A stretch of DNA of 61,788 bases from an uncultured Candidatus Bathyarchaeia archaeon (GTDB lineage: Archaea > Thermoproteota > Bathyarchaeia > RBG-16-48-13 > CAYWPD01), in contig CAYWPD010000002.1 of NCBI GenBank assembly GCA_964460055.1, positions 6,400 through 68,187 on the forward strand, in the 5' to 3' direction. A program made the translations under genes and the position numbers. Positions 27,512-36,745 of the stretch are shown piece after piece (position 1 is the first letter of the stretch; every line of letters begins with the position of its first letter). The notes beneath the pieces are model-generated. The model had not been told where the DNA came from and did not search any database. It worked only from the letters and a program-made list of their open reading frames with translations.

Positions 27512-27657
27512 TCCACTCCTTCAGTGTTCCAGTACGTACCTCAGTACTCATGAGAATTGCCGTCATGCACACGGCCGACAGAGCGTGCAAATTTCGGATA
27601 TTTTACACTGGAATGTGCCAAAAAATCCCAACCTCCTGCTAGCCCATTTCATAAGTC

Positions 27658-28188
27658 ATGCGCAAAAATGTGACTAAAATGCGTATTGGAAGAATGCATG
27701 GAAAGGCTTTTACGTGCATCAACTTTGAGAAGGATCAAGTTCGCTGGTGGAGAGGCTTGAAGAACTGTCCGAAATGCGGAACCGACATCGAAAACCCCTC
27801 CAAGAGGTGGCCACTTCTTGGAAGAGCGAACGCCGATGGCACGTTATGGAAAACTATGATAGCGGTCTACGAGTGTCCAAATTGTAAGACCAAGTTCAGA
27901 GTGGCGGACGAAAAGGAGAGGGTTAGAATTATTAACGTTCAGAGGCTTGAAGAACTAGAGGTGTCTCTGATGGAAGCCACCGAAAAGAAGACGGAGTTAG
28001 AAGCTAAGATCAAATCCCTTGAAGAGGAGAAGAGTAGACTACTGGAGGAGATCAAGAGCCTTAAAGAGAGGATCGAAATCGCCGAGCTCGAGGCAAAGGC
28101 CAGGACTCTGGAGGATGAGGTTTCGAAGCTCAAAGTCGAGTCTGAATCTCTAAAGGAGAAGGCGTCTTCACTATCTTCAACAGCGTAA
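27658..28188 (+). CDS. Zinc-ribbon plus coiled-coil protein
   Basis: CPKCG…(35 aa)…CPNCKTKF zinc ribbon, then about 90 aa of heptad-rich coil (LEELEVSLMEATEKKTELEAKIKSLEEEKSRLLEEIKSLKERIEIAELEAK...). Start codon uncertain (several in-frame ATGs). Confidence 0.45.
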   Translation: MRKNVTKMRIGRMHGKAFTCINFEKDQVRWWRGLKNCPKCGTDIENPSKRWPLLGRANADGTLWKTMIAVYECPNCKTKFRVADEKERVRIINVQRLEELEVSLMEATEKKTELEAKIKSLEEEKSRLLEEIKSLKERIEIAELEAKARTLEDEVSKLKVESESLKEKASSLSSTA

Positions 28189-28202
28189 CAGACGATCCAG
28201 CC

Positions 28203-28208
28203 TTTTTT
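28203..28208 (+). terminator. Oligo-T tract (T6) after the zinc-ribbon coiled-coil gene
   Basis: CCTTTTTTGTTC lies 15 nt after the stop at 28188. Confidence 0.35.
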
Positions 28209-28434
28209 GTTCTCTCCAACAGGGCTAGCCCAAGCGCAGCGTCTTTCTTGTTACTGCTGGCGAGTTTTGGGTGAGCCATGAAAGAGCGAGCGATGGTCTG
28301 CGTTTCAGGCGATCTCTCAAGTGTGGAAGGTTTCAGGCGTGCAATTCACGTCTTTCGAACTGAAGTTTCTAGGAGGCAGAAACTGTTGAAAGGTAGTTCC
28401 GCAAGAAGTGCAGAACTGACATGTTGAACTTGAT

Positions 28435-29436
28435 TTGAGGGAAGTTAGGTTGTCGACAACCGTGAGTCAAGACCCGTTGGGCCTGCATAGGCGAGCAGTT
28501 GTTGTGGACGCGCATGTCGACACACTGCTTGAGATTGCCTCAAAGAAGAGGACGCTCGGGGAAAGATCGTCAATCGGCCATGTAGATATTCCCAGACTCG
28601 CTGAGGGCGGCGTCGACGTTCAAGTATTCGCTATCTACATTGAGCCGGAGTACAAGCTCGAGAGGTCTTCGAAGAGAGTGCTTCAGCTTGTCGACCTCCT
28701 GTATAGCGAGTTCGAAAAGAACAGCGATAGGATCTCCGTGGTCAGGAACTATTCTGAAATTGCAAATGTGGTTGAGAAAGGCAAGATAGCAGGACTGATC
28801 TCAATCGAGGGCGGTGAGGCCATTGAAGGCGATCTTGGAGTCTTAAGGAGCCTGTATAGGCTAGGAGTGCGGGCGATGGGCCTCACGTGGAATCAAAGGA
28901 ACCAGTTGGCTGATGGTGTCTGGGAGAGCAGAAGTAAGGGCGGCTTGACAAACTTGGGTGTGCAGGTGGTTGAGGAGATGAACCGTCTTGGAATGGTCGT
29001 CGATGTCTCCCACTTGAGCGAGGCAGGTTTCTATGATGTGGCTAATACCACCAAGTCGCCTATTGTCGCGTCTCATTCGAACTGTAAGGCGCTGTGCGAC
29101 CATCCAAGGAATCTAACGGACGATCAGATCAGAGCGCTCGCGGAGAGAGGAGGCGTCATGGGGATGAACTTTGCACCCATGTTTGTAGACAAGGAGAAGG
29201 CGACATTGGAGAGAGTCCTCGACCACATCGACCATGTGAACAAGCTGGTCGGCCCAAATCATGTTGGACTAGGATCCGATTTCGATGGCATCGAAAAGAC
29301 CCCTATTGGCCTCGAAGATGTAACTAAGATTCCTGGCATCACTGAAGGGTTGCTATATCGAGGCTATTCGGAAGATGACATTTTGAAGATCCTTGGAGGC
29401 AACTTTCTTGGAGTCTTCAAGAGCGTCATCGGTTAG
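28435..29436 (+). CDS. Membrane-type dipeptidase (peptidase family M19)
   Basis: VVVDAHVDTLLE, ...GLTWNQRNQLADG..., VVDVSHLSE and ASHSN motifs. The true start may be the TTG at 28450. Confidence 0.8.
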   Translation: MREVRLSTTVSQDPLGLHRRAVVVDAHVDTLLEIASKKRTLGERSSIGHVDIPRLAEGGVDVQVFAIYIEPEYKLERSSKRVLQLVDLLYSEFEKNSDRISVVRNYSEIANVVEKGKIAGLISIEGGEAIEGDLGVLRSLYRLGVRAMGLTWNQRNQLADGVWESRSKGGLTNLGVQVVEEMNRLGMVVDVSHLSEAGFYDVANTTKSPIVASHSNCKALCDHPRNLTDDQIRALAERGGVMGMNFAPMFVDKEKATLERVLDHIDHVNKLVGPNHVGLGSDFDGIEKTPIGLEDVTKIPGITEGLLYRGYSEDDILKILGGNFLGVFKSVIG

Positions 29437-29522
29437 CGTGTGAAAAGATTTACAAAGGTCGTTCACTACGACGGTAGATCCAATGAGTCAGATTTCATGA
29501 ACTCACACCGTGGTGATTGGTT

Positions 29523-29912
29523 GTGGAAGAGAAGCATAGTGAAAGATACAAGAAGGGGCTTCACGTAGGTCATGAGATCTGGGGCGCCGAATTTGATGAG
29601 ATGATGAAGACTTCAAGGGAGGTAGACCCCGACCTTCAAAGGTACACGGTAGAGTATGTTTTCGGCGACATATTCCACAGGGCAGGACTTGACTTGAAGA
29701 CTCGAAGTCTATGCACGGTGGCCGCTCTCGCTGTGCTTGGCAGAAGGAATCAGTTGAGATTCCACCTCGAAGGTGCGGTCAAGAATGGGGCGTCCAAGAG
29801 GGAAATCCTCGAGGTTCTGATCCAGATGTCGGTCTATGGAGGCTTTCCTGCTGCTTGGGACGCGCTGTCCGTTGCTCGTGACGTCTTCACCAAGCTCGGG
29901 GTGAAAGACTAG
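29523..29912 (+). CDS. Carboxymuconolactone decarboxylase-family protein
   Basis: YVFGDIFHRAGLDLKTRSLCTVAALAVLGRRNQLRFHLEGAVKNGASKREILEVLIQMSVYGGFPAA. GTG at 29523 follows GGTGA. Confidence 0.7.
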   Translation: MEEKHSERYKKGLHVGHEIWGAEFDEMMKTSREVDPDLQRYTVEYVFGDIFHRAGLDLKTRSLCTVAALAVLGRRNQLRFHLEGAVKNGASKREILEVLIQMSVYGGFPAAWDALSVARDVFTKLGVKD

Positions 29913-30439
29913 TCAGATCTGGAGAGTATCCTTCGGAGAATCGAAACCCTCTTCCTCACACTCTCTGCCTTTCTGTAAACAAAGATCTTGTGAACTGTAG
30001 CTGTCGCCGACTGATCCTCAGCAAATTTCTCAATGATGGTCGGTTTCCAGCCCAGCATCTCGTAATCATGCGAAACGACTCTCGCCTCAGGCCTCAGCTC
30101 CCTCTCCAGCTTTGGCTCAACCCTCTGGTTCCCAATCGGCGTCAAATACAAGGTGACAGCGTCTGCACTTGAAAGGTCAACATCAAGCAGATTCTTCTTT
30201 AACACTTTGACACGATTCTCGATACCCAGCCTCTCGATCCTAGAGGTGGCGAGAAGCCAAAGTCTCTCTTGAAGCTCAACGCCGATCGCCCGAGCTCCAA
30301 ATTCCAGTGCTGCAATTAGTACAATCCTGCCGTCTCCGCATCCAAGATCGAAGAGCAGCTCGCCCGGCTTGAGATCGATAAGGCTGAGCATACGCCTAGC
30401 GACCGAGAACGGCGTGGGAACATAGGGGGCGATCAGCAT
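29909..30439 (-). CDS. Class I SAM-dependent methyltransferase, aKMT-like (archaeal protein lysine methyltransferase family), paralogue 1
   Basis: MLIAPYVPTPFSVARRMLSLIDLKPGELLFDLGCGDGRIVLIAALEFGARAIGVE...LYLTP.GNQRVEPKLERELRPEARVVSHDYEMLGWKP parallels crenarchaeal aKMT. In-frame upstream ATGs exist at 30472 and 30520. Confidence 0.6.
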   Translation of the reverse strand: MLIAPYVPTPFSVARRMLSLIDLKPGELLFDLGCGDGRIVLIAALEFGARAIGVELQERLWLLATSRIERLGIENRVKVLKKNLLDVDLSSADAVTLYLTPIGNQRVEPKLERELRPEARVVSHDYEMLGWKPTIIEKFAEDQSATATVHKIFVYRKAESVRKRVSILRRILSRSD

Positions 30440-30748
30440 CTCAGCTTGGTGGTCTCGAACACCTTGCTCCATATGCGGTCTTCTCAGGCCCTTCTGCCGA
30501 TTACGTCCTTTTTTCTCCAACCTAATGATGCATTAATTGAAGTCTTTCGGCAATCCTGTGCGGTTAGATTTGAGGACTTCGCTTATGTTCCTTTGGCTAG
30601 CGATTTCGGCTGAGTCTAATGTTTAGCCAATCTATGGTCGCCCTCGAGGACATGAGACGAGACTAGTCAAGACCACGTAGAGTAGCCTTCTGTGAATATG
30701 GAAGAAAAGTGTGATGGAGGCAGAGTTCCTCTTTGACAGTCCGAATTG

Positions 30749-31357
30749 TCAGGGTAACCTGCTACTCTGGTTTGACGACTTCTTTCTCTCTTCCCTGCGC
30801 ACCCACCTTTCGAGGATTCTGATGGGGAACATCTGGGAGAAGAAGTGTTCGTGAAATGGTTCAACTTTGGTCTCCAAGAACTCTCTGAGAATCCGATAAT
30901 GTATCTCGAACTCCTCTTGGGAGTCGTTCCTGAACTTCAACATGGGCAAGTCTGAACTTGGCTTCTGCCAATATCTTTCCCATATCTCAACCGCTCCTTG
31001 GTGTCCCATCGCGTTGTTTCTCTCTATCAGCAGTTCCCTTTCGACATCGAAGATGATGAGAAAGGAATTGACGGAAGAAACCCTTGTCTCCAGTAGAAAT
31101 TTCCTAGATTGATTGTCTGGCGCAGTCGTGTCTACGACTACATTGAAGTTGTTCCTCAGGGACAGGTCTCGAAGCTCTGCCATGGCTGGATAGAGGATCG
31201 ACTCTTCTCTGCACGGGTATGGTTCATTGAAGAACATAGCCCGTAGATCGTCGCCGCCTACTCTGGCAAACTTTGGATAGTCTTCGAGTATCCTTGTCGC
31301 CAGCGTGGTCTTGCCGCAGCCGGGAAAGCCACTTAGAACCAGATTCCAGAGCGGCAT
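30749..31357 (-). CDS. P-loop NTPase/kinase (AAA_33 / zeta-toxin-like fold)
   Basis: Walker A LSGFPGCGKTTLA at the N-terminus. 202 aa, about kinase-sized. Confidence 0.5.
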   Translation of the reverse strand: MPLWNLVLSGFPGCGKTTLATRILEDYPKFARVGGDDLRAMFFNEPYPCREESILYPAMAELRDLSLRNNFNVVVDTTAPDNQSRKFLLETRVSSVNSFLIIFDVERELLIERNNAMGHQGAVEIWERYWQKPSSDLPMLKFRNDSQEEFEIHYRILREFLETKVEPFHEHFFSQMFPIRILERWVRREERKKSSNQSSRLP

Positions 31358-31450
31358 CTTCAGAGACCTCTTGTCCTGCCAGCATCATCTGCAAGTGAGC
31401 TACCGAGAGGGCTTGGATGCTTATAACAAATGCCTATCGATCGCGCCCTT

Positions 31451-32104
31451 TCAACAAAGCGGAAATCCTTTGCGATGAAAGACCTCACGAATTGCCGGAA
31501 CAATGTCCTTTAGGTCGTGGCTTCGAACAACCTTGTCGGAGACCTTCTCAAGGGCTTTGCAGGCTGGGTTGAACGCGATTGCGATCCCAGCTGCCTTTAG
31601 TAGCGGTACGTCGCTTCCACTGTCTCCGATTGCCACACATCTCTCAACTGATATGTTCTCTTCCCTGCATAGGTGCTTCAGGATGTCACCCTTGTTTTCA
31701 AAGTCGACCCTGACTATAATCTCACCAGTCATGTAGCCGTCGCGACATATTGGCTCGTTGGCAATGGCATGATCGAAACCCAGCTCTCTCTTCACCTTGT
31801 CAGCGAGCATCGTTAGCCCTGCACTGACAATTGCAAGTTTGAAACTCATGTTTCTGAGCATTCTTACAGTCTCAGACGCGCCCGGTCGGTACGGTATCGA
31901 TTCCACTATTTTTCGTAACTTCTCGACGTTAACCGATTTCCATAGTGATGCATCCAAATGCGCCCACTCATCGTAGCAGATGATCCCGTGTTCGTACATG
32001 GTGGAGTATCTCTTGGCTTCCTTCCAAGTCCCCAGTCCATTGTGAATGTGCATCCACACGCTTCGCTCAGTCGTTATGGTGCCGTCCAGATCGAAGATCG
32101 CCAG
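31451..32104 (-). CDS. HAD-superfamily phosphatase, phosphoserine-phosphatase-like (probable CTG start)
   Basis: IVSAGLT..., ...KGDILKHL..., CVAIGDSGSDVPLLKAAGIAIAFNP (motifs II-IV). Catalytic motif I (AIFDLDGTIT) is encoded in frame upstream of the first GTG at 32059. CTG at 32104 gives M-AIFDLDGT. Confidence 0.7.
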   Translation of the reverse strand: MAIFDLDGTITTERSVWMHIHNGLGTWKEAKRYSTMYEHGIICYDEWAHLDASLWKSVNVEKLRKIVESIPYRPGASETVRMLRNMSFKLAIVSAGLTMLADKVKRELGFDHAIANEPICRDGYMTGEIIVRVDFENKGDILKHLCREENISVERCVAIGDSGSDVPLLKAAGIAIAFNPACKALEKVSDKVVRSHDLKDIVPAIREVFHRKGFPLC

Positions 32105-32381
32105 ATACCGTGAATTCCCCTCGTGGGTTCGGGACAGGGGTTCGGCACTCTCCGCCTTTGAATGATGCGATGTCGCTTTGCTGTCTTACAGTAAGAATCG
32201 ATCCTCATTAAGAATACTTGCATTCAGGCGCGGACAAGACCTAGACTCCAAGCTTTCGACAACAGATCCCCGATCTATGAGTACAAGTCGCCGAAGATCA
32301 TTCAGATTATCTGCACAACAATATCCATAGATGTCGCGATCGTCCTATTGCGGCGGGCAGAGAGAAAAGGGAGAGGGAAAA

Positions 32382-33449
32382 GTGCGCACTCTGTTGTCGT
32401 ATCATGAATTGTTTAGTCAATACGACCTTGGCGAGGGACATCCGTACAGGGGCGACAGGTTTCCTCTGACCTATTCCTTGCTCAAACAGAAGTCAATTAT
32501 GAAACGACAGGACGTGACTTTGATAGAGCCTCATCCAGCCTCCAAAGAAGATCTATTTCTGGCACATGACCCCGACTACGTAGAGTTGATATTGAAGCTA
32601 GCGTCGAGGTCGGCACCATACGACTTGGATACACCTCTTAGCCCAAAGATACTCGATGCGGCGATGTTGATGATCGGAGGAGAGATGGAGATCGGAGCGA
32701 GGATAATGAAAGGAGAGGCAGAAAGAGGGATTTCGATGGGAGGAGGATTTCACCACGCAGGAAAGACATTCGGAGGTGGTTTCTGCTTCTTTAACGACAT
32801 CGCAGTCACGATTGAGCATTTGAGAGATGCTTTCGGTCTGCGAAGGGCGTTGGTCGTTGACTTTGACGTTCATGCAGGGAACGGAACGAGCGACATCTAC
32901 TACGATGATCCAAGCGTTCTCCTCATTTCCATCCATCAAGACCCGAGAACAATTTATCCCGGCACCGGATTCATCGATCAGATCGGACACGGAAAAGGCG
33001 AAGGATACAACATCAACATTCCTTTGCCGCCTAGAACTGGAGACAGTACCTACCTATACGCACTTGAGGAAATCCTGATCCCAGTCGCAAGAGAGTTCGA
33101 GCCTCAACTTATCTTGGCAACCGGAGGAAGCGATGCTCACTTTGCCGATCGACTAGGCGATCTGGATCTGACCGTTAGTGGCTTCTTCAGTGTGTCCAAG
33201 CTAATCTCGAAGGTATCCAAAGAGTCTTCTTCTGACAGGTTGATGCTACTGCTTTGCAGCGGGTACAATCCGCAAGTGCTGACTCAGGTCTGGTACTCGT
33301 TAATATGTGGAATACTTGAGCTGGATCAAATAGATGTCACAGATCCCTACGACCCTCCACAAGAGGATGCGGCATTACGGCATCGAGTGGAACAAATTCT
33401 CAACGAGGTTAGGAGGACCTTCGCAGAGTACTGGAGCTCTTTACGATAG
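32382..33449 (+). CDS. Histone deacetylase-family (AcuC/HDAC class) deacetylase
   Basis: GGGFHHAGKTFGGGFCFFNDIAV, DFDVHAGNGT and GGSDAHF.D.LG motifs. GTG at 32382 lies 5 nt after GGAGAGG. Confidence 0.8.
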   Translation: MRTLLSYHELFSQYDLGEGHPYRGDRFPLTYSLLKQKSIMKRQDVTLIEPHPASKEDLFLAHDPDYVELILKLASRSAPYDLDTPLSPKILDAAMLMIGGEMEIGARIMKGEAERGISMGGGFHHAGKTFGGGFCFFNDIAVTIEHLRDAFGLRRALVVDFDVHAGNGTSDIYYDDPSVLLISIHQDPRTIYPGTGFIDQIGHGKGEGYNINIPLPPRTGDSTYLYALEEILIPVAREFEPQLILATGGSDAHFADRLGDLDLTVSGFFSVSKLISKVSKESSSDRLMLLLCSGYNPQVLTQVWYSLICGILELDQIDVTDPYDPPQEDAALRHRVEQILNEVRRTFAEYWSSLR

Positions 33450-33524
33450 AACTCGCCCTTTCCGGATACTACAAAACCGTTATATTATCAAGGCCAATCT
33501 CGGGAATGCGACGTTGGACCTTCA

Positions 33525-34271
33525 TTGAATAGCAGTCCGAAGATCCCTCTTTACGATTTTCACATTCATACGACGTACTCCGATGGAGAAACCGTCGTCT
33601 CAGAGATACCCAGAGAAGCGATGATGAAACGACTCGAGCTTGTCGGCGTTGCAGACCACTTCTCAAGCTTCTCTGATCTACCGATGCCACATCATTTGAG
33701 GCGCAATTCCTTGCCGCTGTATCTTGATGAGCTGGATTCCCTGAGCCTCCTGAAAGGGGTCGAAGCCAGCATTCTAGGAGGAGGCAAACCCACGATCACA
33801 GTCGAAGATCGGCACAAATTGGACTACGTCCTCGCCGGGGTCCACAGTCTCAGAGGCGTCGACTTCTGGAATGACCCCACGCCAGTTTTTAATCCTCGAG
33901 AATTCGTTGAGGATCTGAGAGTCACCCTCATTTCGGCCATGGAAACCCGATTGATCGATGTGATAGTTCATCTCACATGGCTCCCGGAGTCGATCCGCGG
34001 CCTTGATTCGGCCCTATTCACTCTTGACTGGATCGACAGTATAGCAGGAACAGCTTCGAGTCAGAAAGTCGCAATCGAATTGAGTGGAAGTTGGGATGTT
34101 CCGAGCCCAGAATTCGTAAGAAGATGCCTTCATCATGGGGTCAAGATAGCTCTCGGCAGCGACTCACATCGGCCTGAACAAATAGGCAATCTCAGATACC
34201 CCCTCAAGATTCTGAGACTGCTGGGAGCGTCCAGAGAACAACTCTTCAGGCCGAGGCCAAGCCGAACCTGA
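33525..34271 (+). CDS. PHP-domain metal-dependent phosphoesterase
   Basis: YDFHIHTTYSDGE at the N-terminus. Later H/D motifs (VADHF, GVHS, GSDSH). Confidence 0.65.
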   Translation: MNSSPKIPLYDFHIHTTYSDGETVVSEIPREAMMKRLELVGVADHFSSFSDLPMPHHLRRNSLPLYLDELDSLSLLKGVEASILGGGKPTITVEDRHKLDYVLAGVHSLRGVDFWNDPTPVFNPREFVEDLRVTLISAMETRLIDVIVHLTWLPESIRGLDSALFTLDWIDSIAGTASSQKVAIELSGSWDVPSPEFVRRCLHHGVKIALGSDSHRPEQIGNLRYPLKILRLLGASREQLFRPRPSRT

Positions 34272-34276
34272 CCCGG

Positions 34277-35239
34277 CTAAGTCACCAAGACAACTTTCAA
34301 CGGCTTCTTTGTCAGATCCAAGGCTGTCTTGATGGCTTCTTCGAAATCAGTCAGAGGAAACACGTGGGTGATCAAGCTCTTCACGTCAACCTTCCCTTCG
34401 GAGATTAGTTGCAGCGCCAAGGGGTATTTCCCGACCCCAGTTTCGACTCCAAAGAAGGATGCCTCCCCGTCGAACTTCATCCCGCCTGTGAAGGCTCCCA
34501 CAAGAGCCACTCTACCTGCCGGAGCAACGATCTTACACGTCTGTTCCACGGTATGTCTGGACCCCGCTGCTTCGACGACGATTTCTGCTCCTCCGTTCGT
34601 CAGATCATTGATGGCCTCGGTTGAGTCAGTCATGATTGCGTCGACAATCTCATTTGCGCCAAGATTCTTGGCGACCTCGAGGCGATGTGGATCCCGGTCT
34701 ACCGCTATGACCTTGACGCCGCATAGTCGTGCGACTTGCGTCATCAGCAATCCGATCGGGCCTTGACCGAGTATGACAGCTCGCTCTCCGACCTTGGGTT
34801 GTAACATCTCGAATGTGTGGAGAGCCAGTGCAACGGGTTCCAGTATGGCTGATTCTTCGAATGACACGTTTTCAGGAATTCTGTGAAGATTTTCTTTGGG
34901 GGCGGCGAAGATCTCTGAAAAACAGCCTTGAGCGGACATACCCATGTAGCTTCCATCTCTGCACAGGTGATACCTTCCTGTTAGGCAGAATTTGCACTTG
35001 CCACATCTGATTATGGGCTCAACTGCGACCTTTTCTCCATCCCTAAGGTTCTCTCCGCATGCATCGTGACCGATGATTCGGCCGACTTTGGTTTTCCACT
35101 CTCCTTTGAAGTAGTGGAGATCTGTTCCGCATATGCTCCCAGCTCTGAAACGTATGAGCTCGTCACCTCTCTTCAGCTTGGGATCAGACACTTCCTCAGC
35201 CCGTATGGCTTGAGGACCCCTGTAGACGATTGCCTTCAA
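34277..35239 (-). CDS. Zinc-dependent alcohol / threonine-sorbitol-type dehydrogenase (MDR family)
   Basis: ICGTDLHYFKG, GHDACGE, structural zinc CGKCKFCLTGRYHLC and Rossmann ILGQGPIGLL. Confidence 0.8.
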   Translation of the reverse strand: MKAIVYRGPQAIRAEEVSDPKLKRGDELIRFRAGSICGTDLHYFKGEWKTKVGRIIGHDACGENLRDGEKVAVEPIIRCGKCKFCLTGRYHLCRDGSYMGMSAQGCFSEIFAAPKENLHRIPENVSFEESAILEPVALALHTFEMLQPKVGERAVILGQGPIGLLMTQVARLCGVKVIAVDRDPHRLEVAKNLGANEIVDAIMTDSTEAINDLTNGGAEIVVEAAGSRHTVEQTCKIVAPAGRVALVGAFTGGMKFDGEASFFGVETGVGKYPLALQLISEGKVDVKSLITHVFPLTDFEEAIKTALDLTKKPLKVVLVT

Positions 35240-35454
35240 ACGCGCACCCTCTCATTTACGACCCTATGCTGTTATGGATATCTTCAGACTCGGAAAAAAT
35301 CTTTCAGTGGATCGAAGCTGTTGAAGCACGGCCGATAGATGTTCGTGTACTGATTGCTAAGCTGGTGGTCTCTCTCGAAATACAGAAACAGAGGATCTGT
35401 GAGTCTGTGAGGCACGTCTTGACGCAAGATTGGAGATAATGGTGTCGTAGACTT

Positions 35455-36228
35455 TCACGCGATGTATCCGAACTTCTCTCCTGTTTTCTTCTCACCTAGG
35501 AGCTCCGACTGGACTCTGCTTATGTACTCAAGCTTTGCTTTAATGTCTGAAACCTCTTCATCAAGATCCTTCGTCTCGATCCGAAGGTCGAACATCTCAC
35601 AAAGGATTCGCACAACCGATCTCGCTGCTTCGACATCTGGGAAGACTCCTCTGGTGGCCCCCAGAAGACCTAAGCACTCCATTCGCTTCTGGGCGGCTAC
35701 TCCCAATATGACTCCGCAGGCACCCGTCACCACTCCACCCTGAGTGATGTGCGCCCCCAGTCCCTTGCATGTTTGCGCCAGGGAACTATCATTGGTTATA
35801 GCATACACTAGTCCGATGTCGCTTTGTGTCCGGGTACCATATCCTCCTATAGCGACTATCCTCGCGCAGCCGATTTCTCTAGCAAAGTCCACGACTCTGG
35901 CCGCAACCTCGTACTGCCCGAAGGCGTTCGGCTGTGCGTCCCCTGTCAAGAGGACGAGGTCTTGGTTTCTTCCATTATAATGATGGAACTCGTATTTCGG
36001 TAGCGCGTATGTCCCGTCGAACTCGACATTGATCCCGAGGTTCCCGTCGGGTAGTGTTAGATGCGTCGAATAAAGTTCAGCAAACTTTACCGGTGCCAGC
36101 TTCTCGATCAGATACTCCACCGTAACTTTACCCACAAAACCGAGGCCCGGGAGGCCTTGGATCATTACAGGATTTCTCAGGCGTGGCCTTAGTAGTTCTA
36201 CCAGCTCTATATCTCCAGGAATTTCCAA
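35455..36228 (-). CDS. PAC2-family proteasome assembly chaperone-like protein (COG1938)
   Basis: NPVMIQGLPGLGFVGKVTVEYLIEKL..., size and a C-terminal coiled tail. Confidence 0.65.
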   Translation of the reverse strand: MEIPGDIELVELLRPRLRNPVMIQGLPGLGFVGKVTVEYLIEKLAPVKFAELYSTHLTLPDGNLGINVEFDGTYALPKYEFHHYNGRNQDLVLLTGDAQPNAFGQYEVAARVVDFAREIGCARIVAIGGYGTRTQSDIGLVYAITNDSSLAQTCKGLGAHITQGGVVTGACGVILGVAAQKRMECLGLLGATRGVFPDVEAARSVVRILCEMFDLRIETKDLDEEVSDIKAKLEYISRVQSELLGEKKTGEKFGYIA

Positions 36229-36235
36229 TCCCTCC

Positions 36236-36565
36236 CTAGGACGCAGTTATGATGAAGTTGTTGGGGCAGATCCTTCTGGCCTCGTGGCACGCGCTCGAAC
36301 CCTTCCTGCACGTCTCCAATCTCTGTGTTGCGTTCTGGCAGATTGCTGAAGCTTCTCTGCATAACGTCGATTCTCTTACACATTGCTGGAACCCGTTCCT
36401 CACGCAGAGAGTGGATATGAAAGTGCAGACTTCCGAAGCCTTCTGACATTCGCCTCGCGCACAGAGGTCTCGTGCTTGGCCACAAAGCCTGAGAGCCATT
36501 TGACAGTAGTAACCGGCGAGTATCTTGTCGACTCTGGAGCCCACGTCCAAGACCTGCCAATACAC
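36236..36565 (-). CDS. Cysteine-rich four-helix-bundle-like protein (DUF326/Csp-like, putative metal binding)
   Basis: 12 Cys in 109 aa at positions 21, 28, 35, 40, 47, 54, 62, 69, 76, 86, 93 and 100, i.e. mostly i/i+7 spacing. Preferred over the overlapping alternative frame 36207..36575. Confidence 0.45.
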   Translation of the reverse strand: MYWQVLDVGSRVDKILAGYYCQMALRLCGQARDLCARGECQKASEVCTFISTLCVRNGFQQCVRESTLCREASAICQNATQRLETCRKGSSACHEARRICPNNFIITAS

Positions 36566-36745
36566 CGAGTTCCACTACAGGGAGGAGCCTCTTTTATATC
36601 CGTTCCCTTCGGACCTAGCGACTGTCTTCTGCGGTTTCAGTCTGATGGACATCGAATTATCCCCGTGAGCAATTCTCTGGAAGATATTCCTTAATATAGA
36701 GAAAGTCAGTTTCTGGAAGACGATTCACCTGGGAAGATATCAGAG

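Noticed and set aside
36207-36575. 122-aa ORF overlapping the Cys-rich gene in another frame
   Set aside because: The competing frame shows a striking 12-Cys heptad register that is unlikely by chance, while this frame has no features. Kept as a caveat in the finding.
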